Both the position numbers and the translations under genes were made by a program. A stretch of DNA of 64,000 nucleotides, taken from NCBI RefSeq assembly GCF_035084215.1, contig NC_090363.1, positions 12,338,001 to 12,402,000 of the forward strand. Direction: 5' to 3'. This document shows, one piece after another, positions 11,268-22,009 of this stretch. This stretch comes from Heptranchias perlo (lineage: Eukaryota). Each line of letters starts with the position of its first letter. Position 1 is the first letter of the stretch. The notes beneath the pieces are model-generated. The model searched no databases. It saw nothing but the letters and a program-made list of their open reading frames with translations, and had not been told where the DNA came from.

Positions 11268-11748
11268 TCCCTTACTTTGTGCAGAAATACATCGCATATT
11301 TTATTGCTTCTGATACCCTTGCACACGGTGACCAAAGGTATTCTTGATCAGTTCCTGCTGTCCTCTCACATACAAACCAGTAGTAACCACCCTGTGCTGT
11401 AGCTGATATTTTCAGTCATATGGACCAACGGCAACTTTTCCGTTCTGCAGATTATACAGTCACTCATAGGGACCAGATGGAATCTTCCAGTTATGTACCT
11501 GATATCTTCACTCATAGCGACCAAAGGAAATTTTCCCATTGTGCAGATGATACGTTTACTCATAGGGATCAAAGGGAATCTTCCTATTCTGTATCTGATA
11601 TTTTCGCTCATAGCGACCTGATGGCTTCCTCACATTTTGTATCTGACATCTTGACTCGTAGGGAAAATAGGAATCTTCTACCCTTTGTCAAGCACTGATG
11701 GGAATCTTCCCCTGCTGCGTTTTCATCTCAAAAATGAACAATTGTGAA
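11268..11748. repeat. 48-bp tandem repeat array, right arm of an inverted pair (also ~22483-22912, ~32983-33450, ~44456-44936, ~55756-56185)
   Basis: Repeats of actcatagggaccaaagggaatcttcccattgtgtatctgatatcttc; gives 16-aa periodic ORFs on both strands. Confidence 0.85.
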
Positions 11749-14569
11749 CAATATTAAGGATTAAGTTGTGCATGTGATCGTCTAACATTCATCAGATTCA
11801 AACATCTGGATGAAAGTGTCCAATATGTCACTTGTACGTCAATGTTTTCTCCCAGTCTACATATATTGTAAATTTATCTTCAGAATTGATCGCAACTGGG
11901 GCAATTCAAAAATCGAATTCATTGTCCGCATGCCTGATTGATTACTTGTTCGTTCTGCTGAGCAGATCTGAATCCACATTGCAATGAATTTACCTGATTT
12001 TAAAATATTTTAGTTTGCCAAATCTACAGAAATACTTTTCCATGCAATTCGATTTGATATAACTGTCCTGCTTGACGTGTCGAAGGCCATTTTATCAGGA
12101 CAGAAGCAATCTTCCAAGGGGCTGATGTGCAAATGATGTCATTCAGATGATGATAAAGGATTGCACAATGAATGATAAAAGTAATTATTTTGGGAAAGGA
12201 ACGGAGTGATGCAGAGAACAGATTGTGGGGAGGTCCTCAGTTGAAAAAAGGAATCAGGCGATGCGCCATGATCAACTGCGCAGGTAGAGGGTCATTTGCG
12301 GATGTTTGTCAGCAATAAGCCAATCTTTTATTCAAAATCTTCTGATATTAGCTTGTTTAGTTGTTCAAATGTCAATCCATGTCAATGGCGTTGACTATCA
12401 GCAAATTAAATTTTCAAAATACTCACCAGTAGGAATCTGGTGGTGTATCGATATATATCGAGGACATCGGTATAACTGCCTCACCGAACTCCATGCTGGT
12501 GTTCAAAGATTAGAAGAGATCTTTCATGTCGATGAAGTAATTAAGATTTGAAAATTCCCTCCTTAATTTTGGAAAACACAGGGTTAAAGTGCTTAACCTT
12601 GGCCTTTAGTTAGAAGGTCAGGGCTATCGACGTTCTTTTGGATAGAATGTTGACAAACAGCTCTTTAACTGAAAAGGATATGAGGAATGAATGCAACCGA
12701 CAGTGTGTAAATAGAAGAACACGTGGCTGAGATCAGACACATGAATCTAGAGAACCAAAGGAAGAATTCTACCAGAATTAGAATTTTTTGGAGTCAATGA
12801 CAGGCAGGATCCGACATACAGTTTATGATAATCTTGACAACATTACATAAAATGGCCGTGAGAAAGCCTTGAAGACATTTTAGTGAAGTTTCGCTGTATG
12901 GTTGGTATTTTAATATATTCCAATTTCGCTTTCAAAAGCTTAACACACGTTAAAACACGTGCATGAGACAGGAAGTCAACGTGGGAACAGGAGTATGTCA
13001 TTCAGTCCCTCGAGACTTTTCCGCTGTTCAATGAGGTCATGACTTATCTGTATCCTAATTTCATCCACCCGCCTTGGCTCCATATCCTTAAATAACCTTG
13101 GCTGGAAAAACTGTCAAAGATCTCAGATTTAAAGTTATTAATTGAAGTAGCATCTATTGCATTTTGTGGGAGAGAGTTCCACATTGAGAATCTATGTGTG
13201 AAGAAAGATTTCGCAACTTCTCTCCTCAATGGCCTTGCTCTTTGTCCTCGACTCCACAATCAGCAGAAAAAAAATTCGCTCTATCTATCCTATCAATTCC
13301 TTTCAAAATCCGAAAAAACGTCAATCAAATCACCCGTTAACCTTCTATTTTCGAGGGACGACAAGCCTGGTTTGTGTATTCTCACCTCATAATCTAATCC
13401 TTGGATCCCTGGTAACATTCACGTGAATTTGCGCTGCACTCCTTCCAAGGCCAATATATCCTTTCTGAGGCGCAATGCCCAGAACTGTACACAGTACTCC
13501 AGATGTAGACTAACCAGGGTTTTGTATAGCTGTGGCAAACATTCCTGTCCTTTCTATTCTATCCCTCTCCTGATGAAGGCTAACATTCCATTAGTCTTTT
13601 TGATAATTTTTTCTACCTGACGACTACATTTTACTGATCTGTGGAGATGGAGCACAAAATCTCCTTGGACCTCCAATGTTCCTAACTTTTCAGCATTCAA
13701 AAATACTCGGATCAATCCCTTTTTGGTAGAAAATGGATGACCTCACACTTGCCTGAATTGAAATTATAATAACTTCCCCACAACAAATGTTAGATTATTA
13801 GATTTTAAATGTCATGGTATTTCTCTCTCATTTTTCTTAAATAATGGAGTTACATTTGCAGTATTCCAATCTAAAGGGCCAATTCCAGAATCGGGAGTGC
13901 TGTGAATATTATGGCGAAAGCATCTGCAATTTCCTCACCTACTTCCTTTAAAATCCTGGGGGTAAAGTATAAGGCCTGGGGATTTGTCATTCTATACGGC
14001 CATCAATATTTCTAATTTAGTTTTCTTGCGTACATTATCGTCAGTGAGTTCCAGTCCTTGATTCATTATTAGATTCCCTGGAATGTAAGGAATATTATCC
14101 TATTCCTCTACTGTGAAGACTAGCACAAAGGAATCATTCATCACGTCAGCCATTTCCTTATTTTCATTAGCAATATTACCAGCATCTTTTTTGCTTACAC
14201 TTTTTCTTCTACTATAATGATAAACACATTTGTAAATTCCCTGCTATCGTTACAAAGGCAGGAGTTGGGGTTGTTCAATGGAGATGGGGAATTTGCTCAA
14301 TTCAATACGGTCAGAATTAGATTGTGTCCCTCACATCCACACTGTTCACAGTAAACATCCTGAGGCAATGAAATGTGTAACCGTGTCTGAGAAATTTCAA
14401 AGTGACGAAACACACAAAGGAAGAGTCGATGGGAGAATATACGAAACCTGAGGCCCAGTAGAGAGCACAAGGAAGGTGTTAGCAGCAATTACAGTTTTGC
14501 ATCTGTTGTGTATTTGCAGCAGATGCTGTTTAACTTTAGTTCTTTAATGTAGTCGCTGGACAGCGAGTG

Positions 14570-14785
14570 CTGTGCCTGGGGAGGCTGGGTTACTTGGGCA
14601 CAAGGGGAGTCGGAGATAGGCGGTGAGGGTACCTGCGGTCCTTGGGCAACAGTGTGAAGGGGAGATAGGCTGCGAGGTGTCCCTGGGTTGCTTGTGCCAC
14701 AGAGAAGGGGAAGGCAGGTGTTGAGGGAGCCCTGGGCTGCTTGGAACAAAGCGGGAAGCGGAAACAGTCTGCAAGGGGTCCTTGG
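14570..14785. repeat. G-rich ~49-bp degenerate tandem repeat (also ~27060-27262, ~47852-48067, ~60332-60534)
   Basis: About 4 copies of gggtgcttgggcaca..ggaaggggagacaggctgcgagggaaccct. Confidence 0.7.
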
Positions 14786-17700
14786 ATTATATTATGTGAA
14801 CAGTGACACGGATACACACATCCGTTGAACAGTCATTAACACATGACCCGTGTCTGTGCTGACCCATTTGTGACACATTTTTAATATCAAATCAAAAATT
14901 CCTCGGTATGACAGGGACTTTCCGTCAATCATTCCCTTTTACTCACGGTGTAAGTACATGTACAGGAGCTGACATTGAGACACACATGTGGCATTAAAGT
15001 ATCAGACGGGACTGAATCATTCCCTTAAACCCACTGTGTACTGTACATGTATAGGAGCTGAAACTGAGACACACATGGACCATACAGTACCAGACGAGAG
15101 TGAATCGTTCCCTTGTACCCGCTGTGTGCTGTACACGTAGAGGAGCTGACATTGAAACACACAGTGGCCGTACAGTACCAGACGGGTGTGAATTATTCCC
15201 TTTCACCCGCTGTGTGCTGTACAATTCCAAAGCTGAAACTGAGACACACACGAGCCATACAGTCCCAGGCGGGAGCGAATCATTACCATTTACTGTGTAT
15301 GGTATTACATAGATTTACAAAGAATTTACAGCACAGCAACAGGCCATTCGGCCCAACTGGTCTGTGCTCGTTTTTATACTCCGCACAAGCGTCGTTCCAC
15401 TTTATTTTATCTAAAGCTATCTGCATGTCCTCGATCACTTTCTCCGACATGTACTTATCATGCTTCCCCTTAACTACATTTCTACTATTCGTCTGAACTG
15501 CTCCATGTGGTAGCAAGTTGCACATTCGAACAACTTTGTGGGTTTCTCCTGAATTCTTTATTGGATTTATTGGGAAATATCTTATTTTTATGGCCCCTCG
15601 TTTTAGATTCCTCCATTATTGGTAACATCTCTACATTTCTCCTCTCAAACACCTTCATAATTTTGAAGATCTCGATTAGGTCACCGCTCAGCCTTCTGTT
15701 TTCTGGAGAAAAGATCTCCAGCCTGTTTGGTTTTTCCAGATATTTGTACCCTCTCAATTTTGATATCATCCTTGTAAACCTTTTTTGAACCTTTTCCAGT
15801 GCCTCTATACTCTTTTGCAACATGGAGACTGGAGCTGTAGGCAGTGCTCCAAGTGTGGTCCAACCAACATTCCATACATGTTTAACATAACTTCTCTGCT
15901 TTTCAATTCTATTCATTTAGAAATGAACCCCTGTGCTTTGTTTGCATCTTTAGGGCCTTGTCTGGAGGAGGATGGTGTTCTCAACCGTGTCGAAGTCTGA
16001 GGTGAGGTCGAGCAGGATGAGGAGGGATATTTCACCACGGTCACAGTCACATAAGATGTCATTTGTGACTTTGATAAGGGCCGTTTCAGTGCTGTGGCAG
16101 AGGCAGAAACCTGATTGGAAGGATTCAAACATGGAGTTGCGGGAAAGATGCGCACATATTTGGGAGACGTTAACAACTTCAAGGACCTTGGAGTGGAATT
16201 GCAGCTTGGTGATAGTTGTTTGCGATGACAGGTGGGCCAAGGTTGTTTGCTTGATCAGGGGTGTGAGGACGGCAGATTTAAAGGAGAGAAAATCAGTAAA
16301 ATAGCCATTGATTTGCTTCAAATTCTGACATAAAGCAAACAGAGTTCACAGCGTGAGAGAAGTTCAGAAATACACGTGAGTCAGAAATACAAAATCTTGG
16401 ACATGTGCAACAGGCTTGTTAACATCTGGAAGAAAAACTCAGGTTAAAACGCCGCATGAGGGGCCTCACATTAGACCTGGTGGCCACAGTTATTCCAGGA
16501 AATGGGACAGGGAAACCTCAACAATATCAGCAAACATGGGGGCTCGAAAGAGAAGTTGGGTGGTCAGCAGTTTGGTGAGAATAGGGTTGACGCAGCAGGA
16601 AGTGGGTTTCATGGTCAAGATAAGCTTGGAGAGGGCATGAGGGGAGTTAGGAGAGAAACTAGAGAAAGATGGATGTTCAAGGCTAAGGCAGGGAGGAATG
16701 TTGGGGCAAGTTTGGCTCGGTGGGCTCAGGGAAGTGAGGGAAGTGGCAGAAGCAGCTGAACTGATGGCCTCAATCTTAGAAAGAGAGTACTGTTGTTGGA
16801 GGCGAGATTAGTGGGGGCAGGACAAAGAGTTTAAAAGACGGTTTGTAGTGGAGAAGAGACGCCGGGGTTATGTTTGCATTCCAGAATGATCCTGGAATAG
16901 TGAGCAATTTTGGCAGAGGAGACCATGACCCGATAAAGCTTTATGTGCTCCAACCAGATCTGGCAATGAATTGCTAAACCAGTTGTCTCCATAAATGTTC
17001 AAATCTGGGTCCGTTCGACTTAAGGGAGTGAAGATGGAGGCTGTACCAGGGCAAGGACCAGGGTGAGAGAGAGTAATGGTTTTAATGGAGGCAAGGGCAT
17101 CAAAGTTGGAGGTGCGTTTGTGATTGAGCAGATCGGTAGCCATGAGGTACATTGCAGATATGTTATATTGATCAAAATAACCATTCAGGGTATAACATTG
17201 GTGACAATGGTCACTCAATCGCCGACCATGTTATGCTGGTGAAATTGTGTTACTTGCACTGACACCTAATTGAACAGTGCTGCCGGGTGATGACCCATTT
17301 TATATTCCACTCCCAGCTTCGATACTGTATGTCATCAAGTCAATACGATTTACTCTATCACTCTATCACTCTCACAGCTTTTTGATATTATTTACACTTT
17401 GACTCTCATGTGCTAACGGACGGGTTCACATTTTATTCCCCTTCTTCTCCATTTAACTTTCAGTTTTTATGACTGAAGAAACGAAGCCATCGCAGAATGA
17501 ATTAAAGCATCGTGTTCCCAAGAGCAGAATAACGCAATCAAGATGATGTAATGAGGTAATAGGTTCAGAGCGGGGTATTCATAAGCCTGAGAATGCCCAT
17601 TGGAGCCTCGAATTACTCACTGCCTCATTAAGTGATCGTTTGGAAAATAAATATGTTCCAATGTGTTTGTTCCAGCGCGCGTGGCTGATACCGGGTTTAA

Positions 17701-17819
17701 TGTAAAACCACTGTCTCCCTGTGGGACTGACTGGTGTATAAAACACCTCCTGTTTCAATGCATTGTCTTTGTGTCCAAACCAGAGCCTTGCATCCACGAT
17801 TGTCTCGCTTAGGCAGGAA

Positions 17820-17889
17820 ATGGGAGGATCAGCAATTTTCTACGAATCAGTCATTTGCTATCCAATTCTTGCAATTATTGGTCTTCCCA
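17820..17889 (+). CDS. GPCR B1 exon 1 (MGGSAIFYESVICYPILAIIGLP)
   Basis: 70-nt phase-1 exon with GTAAGT donor at 17890 and upstream TATAAAA; in frame with exon 2. Confidence 0.85.
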
Positions 17890-18137
17890 GTAAGTAATAA
17901 GTTAATGACGAAAGGTCATCGACCTGAACCGTTAACTCTGCTTCTTTACCACAGATGCTGGCTCACTGAGTATTTTCGGCATTTTCTGATATTTTTCAGA
18001 TTTCTAGGATCCGCAATATTTTGCTTTTGAAGTAATAACAAGCATTTATTTTTTGAACCATTGTTTAATTACATTGTTGCTTTTAATACATGCTGTTTGC
18101 CTCTATATCTTTGTTCCTTGGTTGCCCATTTTTAAAA

Positions 18138-18780
18138 ATTCGTTAGTGGGATGTGGGCGTCGCTGGCGATGCCAGCATTTATTGCCCATCCCTAATTGCG
18201 CTCGAGAAGGTGGTGGTGAGAAGGTGGTGGTGAGCCGCCTTCTTGAACCGCTGCAGTCCGTGTGGTGAAGGTTCTCCCACAGTGCTGTTAGGAAGGGAGT
18301 TCCAGGATTTTGACCCAGCGACGATGAAGGAACGGCGATATATTTCCAAGTCGGGATGGTGTGTGACTTGGAGGGGAACGTGCAGGTGGTGTTGTTCCCA
18401 TGTGCCTGCTGCTCTTGTCCATCTAGGTGATAGAGGTCGCGGGTTTGGGAGGTGCTTTTGAAGAAGCCTTGGCGAGTTGATGCAGTGCATCCTGTGGATG
18501 GTACACACTGCAGCCACAGTGCGCCGGTGGTGATGGGAGTGAATGTTTAGGGTGGTGGATGGGGTGTCAATCAAGTGGGCTGCTTTATCTTGGATGGTGT
18601 CGAGCTTTTTGAGTGTTGTTGGAGCTGCACTCATCCAATCAAGTGGAGAGTATTCCATCACACTCCTGACATGTGTCTTGTAGATGGTGGAAAGGCTTTG
18701 GGGAGTCAGGAGGTGAGTCACTCGCCGCAGAATACCCAGCCTCTGACCTGCTCTCGTAGCCACAGTATTTGTATGGCTGA
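18138..18780 (-). mobile_element. 5'-truncated CR1/L2-group LINE 3' end in GPCR B intron 1 (also ~51423-52061)
   Basis: 194-aa ORF AGQRLGILRRVTHLL..IYK..VRSVMEYSP..WNSLP..FKKAAHHHLL is a LINE ORF2 C-terminus; absent from the A and C introns. Confidence 0.88.
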
Positions 18781-19638
18781 TAGGTGGTAGGTGGTAATCA
18801 GCAGGAGGTTTCAGCAGCAGCAGGTGGTTAGATTATTGATTCGAAATCTCTCACTTCTTATTTACTTCAAAATGACAACTTTTGTGATATTATATCAGGC
18901 TCTCTGAATGTCTGCATCAAATGCAAGTTCTTCCCTTTGTTAAACGACGCGCAATCAGCCACCTGGAATAACTGTGGCCATCAGGTCGAACGCGAGGATC
19001 CTTATGCGGAGTTTTAAATTGAATTTCTCTTCCAGATGTTAACAGGCCTGGTGTGCATCTCCAAGATGCTGTATTTCCGACTCCTGAATTTTGTCACGCT
19101 GTGACTTGACTTTGGAGGCAAAATTAATCCAACCCGACAGTCGGGAAACTGACGGGGTCGAGTGTTACGCTGGTTTTATACCCCACCAGATTTCACCCTC
19201 CATTGAAGTTAATGGGGTGTAAAACCGGCGTTTCACCCGATCCGTGGGTTAAAATTACCCCTTTTCTGTCAGAATTTGAAGCAAATCAATGGCTATTTTA
19301 CTGAACTCTGTTCATTACCCTCACACGAGGACGCGGCTTCTCATCAGTAATGTGAAACTGTCACATTAAATCACGTGTGACAAAGGAAGAGGCAATTTCG
19401 TTATTGGCACATACTTTATTCTCGAATGAGGTCAATTAAATCAGCACAGTAGTGAGTGAACTTGGTACCACCCTGTTCTGGTTGTCTCAGCAACCCACCC
19501 AGTGAGACTCGGAGGAATCTGTTTCAGTAACAAGCCTCCTGTCTCACAGCGACGAAACATTCAATTCCAAGGGAGTGTGATTTTATATCGCTAATCTATT
19601 TCTTCGTTAATTCTCCTGGTTTTTCCAATTTCTTACAG

Positions 19639-20537
19639 CGAACCTGATGTCAGTTGTGATCCTGTCACGGGGAAAGTGCGGTCTCTCCAAAGGAATCACT
19701 CGTTACATGGCGGCAATGGCATTGGCAGATCTAATGGTTTGCATGTTTAATGTAATTTTGCAAAACATCTTTCGGTATCATATTCTAAATTCATGGTTGA
19801 GCTACACTTACGTGTGCCGTTTTACTGCTTTTATACAAGTATTTAGTAGCCAACTCTCTGTCTGGTTCACAGTATCATTCACCTTTGACCGCTTCATATC
19901 GATTTGTTGTCAGAAACTAAAATTAAAATATTGCACCGAAAGAACTGCCTCTGTAGTTTTAACGATCGTGTGTTTGCTCAGCTTTTTGATGAATATTCCT
20001 GTTTATTTCCGTTACGAGCCCTACTCTATTATTGACGATATACCGTGGGGCTGCCGTACAGTATCAGGACATTTTTATTCACCGGCATGGGTAGCTTACA
20101 AATGGATCAACACTCTCTCATCCCCAATTCTCCCATTCCCTTTGTTATTGCTGTTAAATTCTCTCACTGCCAGGCACATCTTAGTGGCCAGTAGATCTCG
20201 CAGAGCCCTGAAGAGCCGAAACAATGGGGAGAACAGCAGTGATCCCGAGATGAAGATGCGAAGAACAGGCATCATTCTGCTCTTCGCTATCTCGGGGAGT
20301 TTTATTGTGTTGTGGACGCCGATTACTGTAATAAACATCTGTGTCGGTGTGACGGAGACACCTACTTTCAAAGGTTCAAACTCACTTTATTTGGCAATTA
20401 GAATCGCACTTCTGCTGATGTATTTGAGCTCCTGCACGAACACGTGCATTTATGTACTGACCCAGAGGAGATTCCGAGAGGAGATGAAGAATATGGTGAA
20501 ATATCCGGTTACTGTCATTACTAAATTATTTAAATAA
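19639..20537 (+). CDS. GPCR B1 exon 2, GPR139/GPR142-like class A orphan receptor (spliced 322 aa)
   Basis: Polypyrimidine tract with ttacAG acceptor; uninterrupted 296-aa ORF with TM segments, ADL, DRF, ECL2 Cys (WGC), LWTP and NTCIY. Confidence 0.92.
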
Positions 20538-21864
20538 TTACATTTTAATTCCTCGTATTTTCCTGGTATCCAGGTTCGTTGTTGCTACTTGAAGTGTTCG
20601 GCTGAGGCCAAATATTGCACCCATTGGTTCTCAACCTTCCACAACACCAGTTGGCCATTTTCCTACCTCACAAGGTGATGGTAGTTACGCTGCTGTTCTA
20701 AAACTCGCAATACCGATATCAGAAAACAAACCACACCGAATTTTCCAAACATATTGCTGAAATAATGTTTTAACATAAACTTCACAACGTTTCACAATTG
20801 TTCATTTTTTGAGGTGAAAGCACAGCGAGCAATGGTGCCCACCGGTTCTCAATGATTTGCAGAAGATTCCCTTTGGCTGCTACTATGAAGATATCAGATA
20901 CACAACGTGAAGATTCCATCTGGTCTGTACGTGTGTGGGCATCAGAAACTCATCGGGAATGCTTCTTTTGTATCCAGTCTTAAAGGATGTCAGTTTGGTT
21001 CCTGTGTGTAAGGGGTTGGAAGTTATGCTACAGCTATAGAAAGCCCTGGTTCGACCTCACCTGATATACTGTGTACAGCTCTGAGCACCGCACCTTAGGA
21101 AGGTTATATTGATCTTGGAGTGGGTGCAGCATAGGTTTGCTAGAATGATAACTGGAATCCAAGGGTTAAATTAGGTGAGATTACACAAACTATGGTTGTA
21201 TTCCCTAGATTTTAGAAGATTAAGGTGCGAGTTGATCAAAGTTTTCAAGATATTAAGGGGAACTGAAAGGGTAAATATAGAGAAACAATTTCCGCTGGTC
21301 GGGGAGTCTAGGACCAGTGGGATACCGCCTAAAAATCGAGCCAGAACCTTCAGGAGTGAAGTCAGGAAACACTTCAACTGGGGTGGTAGAAGTTTGGAAC
21401 TCTGTTCGGCAATCGGCGGTTGATGCCAGCTCGATTGTTAATTTGAAATCAGAGATTGATCTATTTTTGTTATTCATAGGTATTAAAGGATTTGGGGCAA
21501 AGCCGGGTATATGAAGTTAATTCACAGATCAGCCATGAACTCATTGAACGGCAGAACCGCCTCCAGTGGCTAAATGGCCTACTCCTGTTCCTATGATGTC
21601 ATGTTCCTATGATATCAGAGACACAACAATATATGTATTTCTGCAAAAAGGGACAGAAATTTTGTTTCTTTGTGATAAGCTCCACAACTGTCTCCTGACT
21701 GGAGATTAATAGACACGGGAAGTCACATCACTGGGTGTGCGAGATTATATAACAATTGGACCATATTGTAAAATAACGGGACTTATTTATTTAATTTATT
21801 CTTTGAATGTGGGCATCCCTGGATAGGCCGGACTTTATTGTCCATCGCTAATTGTCCTGTGAAC

Positions 21865-22009
21865 CTTTTGTTTTATTCGTTCATGGGTTGTGAGCGTCGC
21901 TAGCAAGGCCAGCATTCATTGCCCATCTCGAATTGCCCTTGAGAAGGTGGTGGTGAGCCGCCTTCTTGAACCGCCGCAGTCCGTGTCGTGAAGGTTCTCC
22001 CACAGTGCT
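21865..22009 (-). mobile_element. Short 3' fragment of the same LINE inserted in the SINE tail (also ~55146-55290)
   Basis: FKKAAHHHLLKG tail matching 18140-18290; not present in the A or C SINE copies. Confidence 0.75.

Noticed and set aside
11366-11698. 16-aa periodic ORFs on both strands as a repeat protein
   Set aside because: A by-product of the 48-bp tandem repeat; not kept open in B units and no exon boundaries seen.
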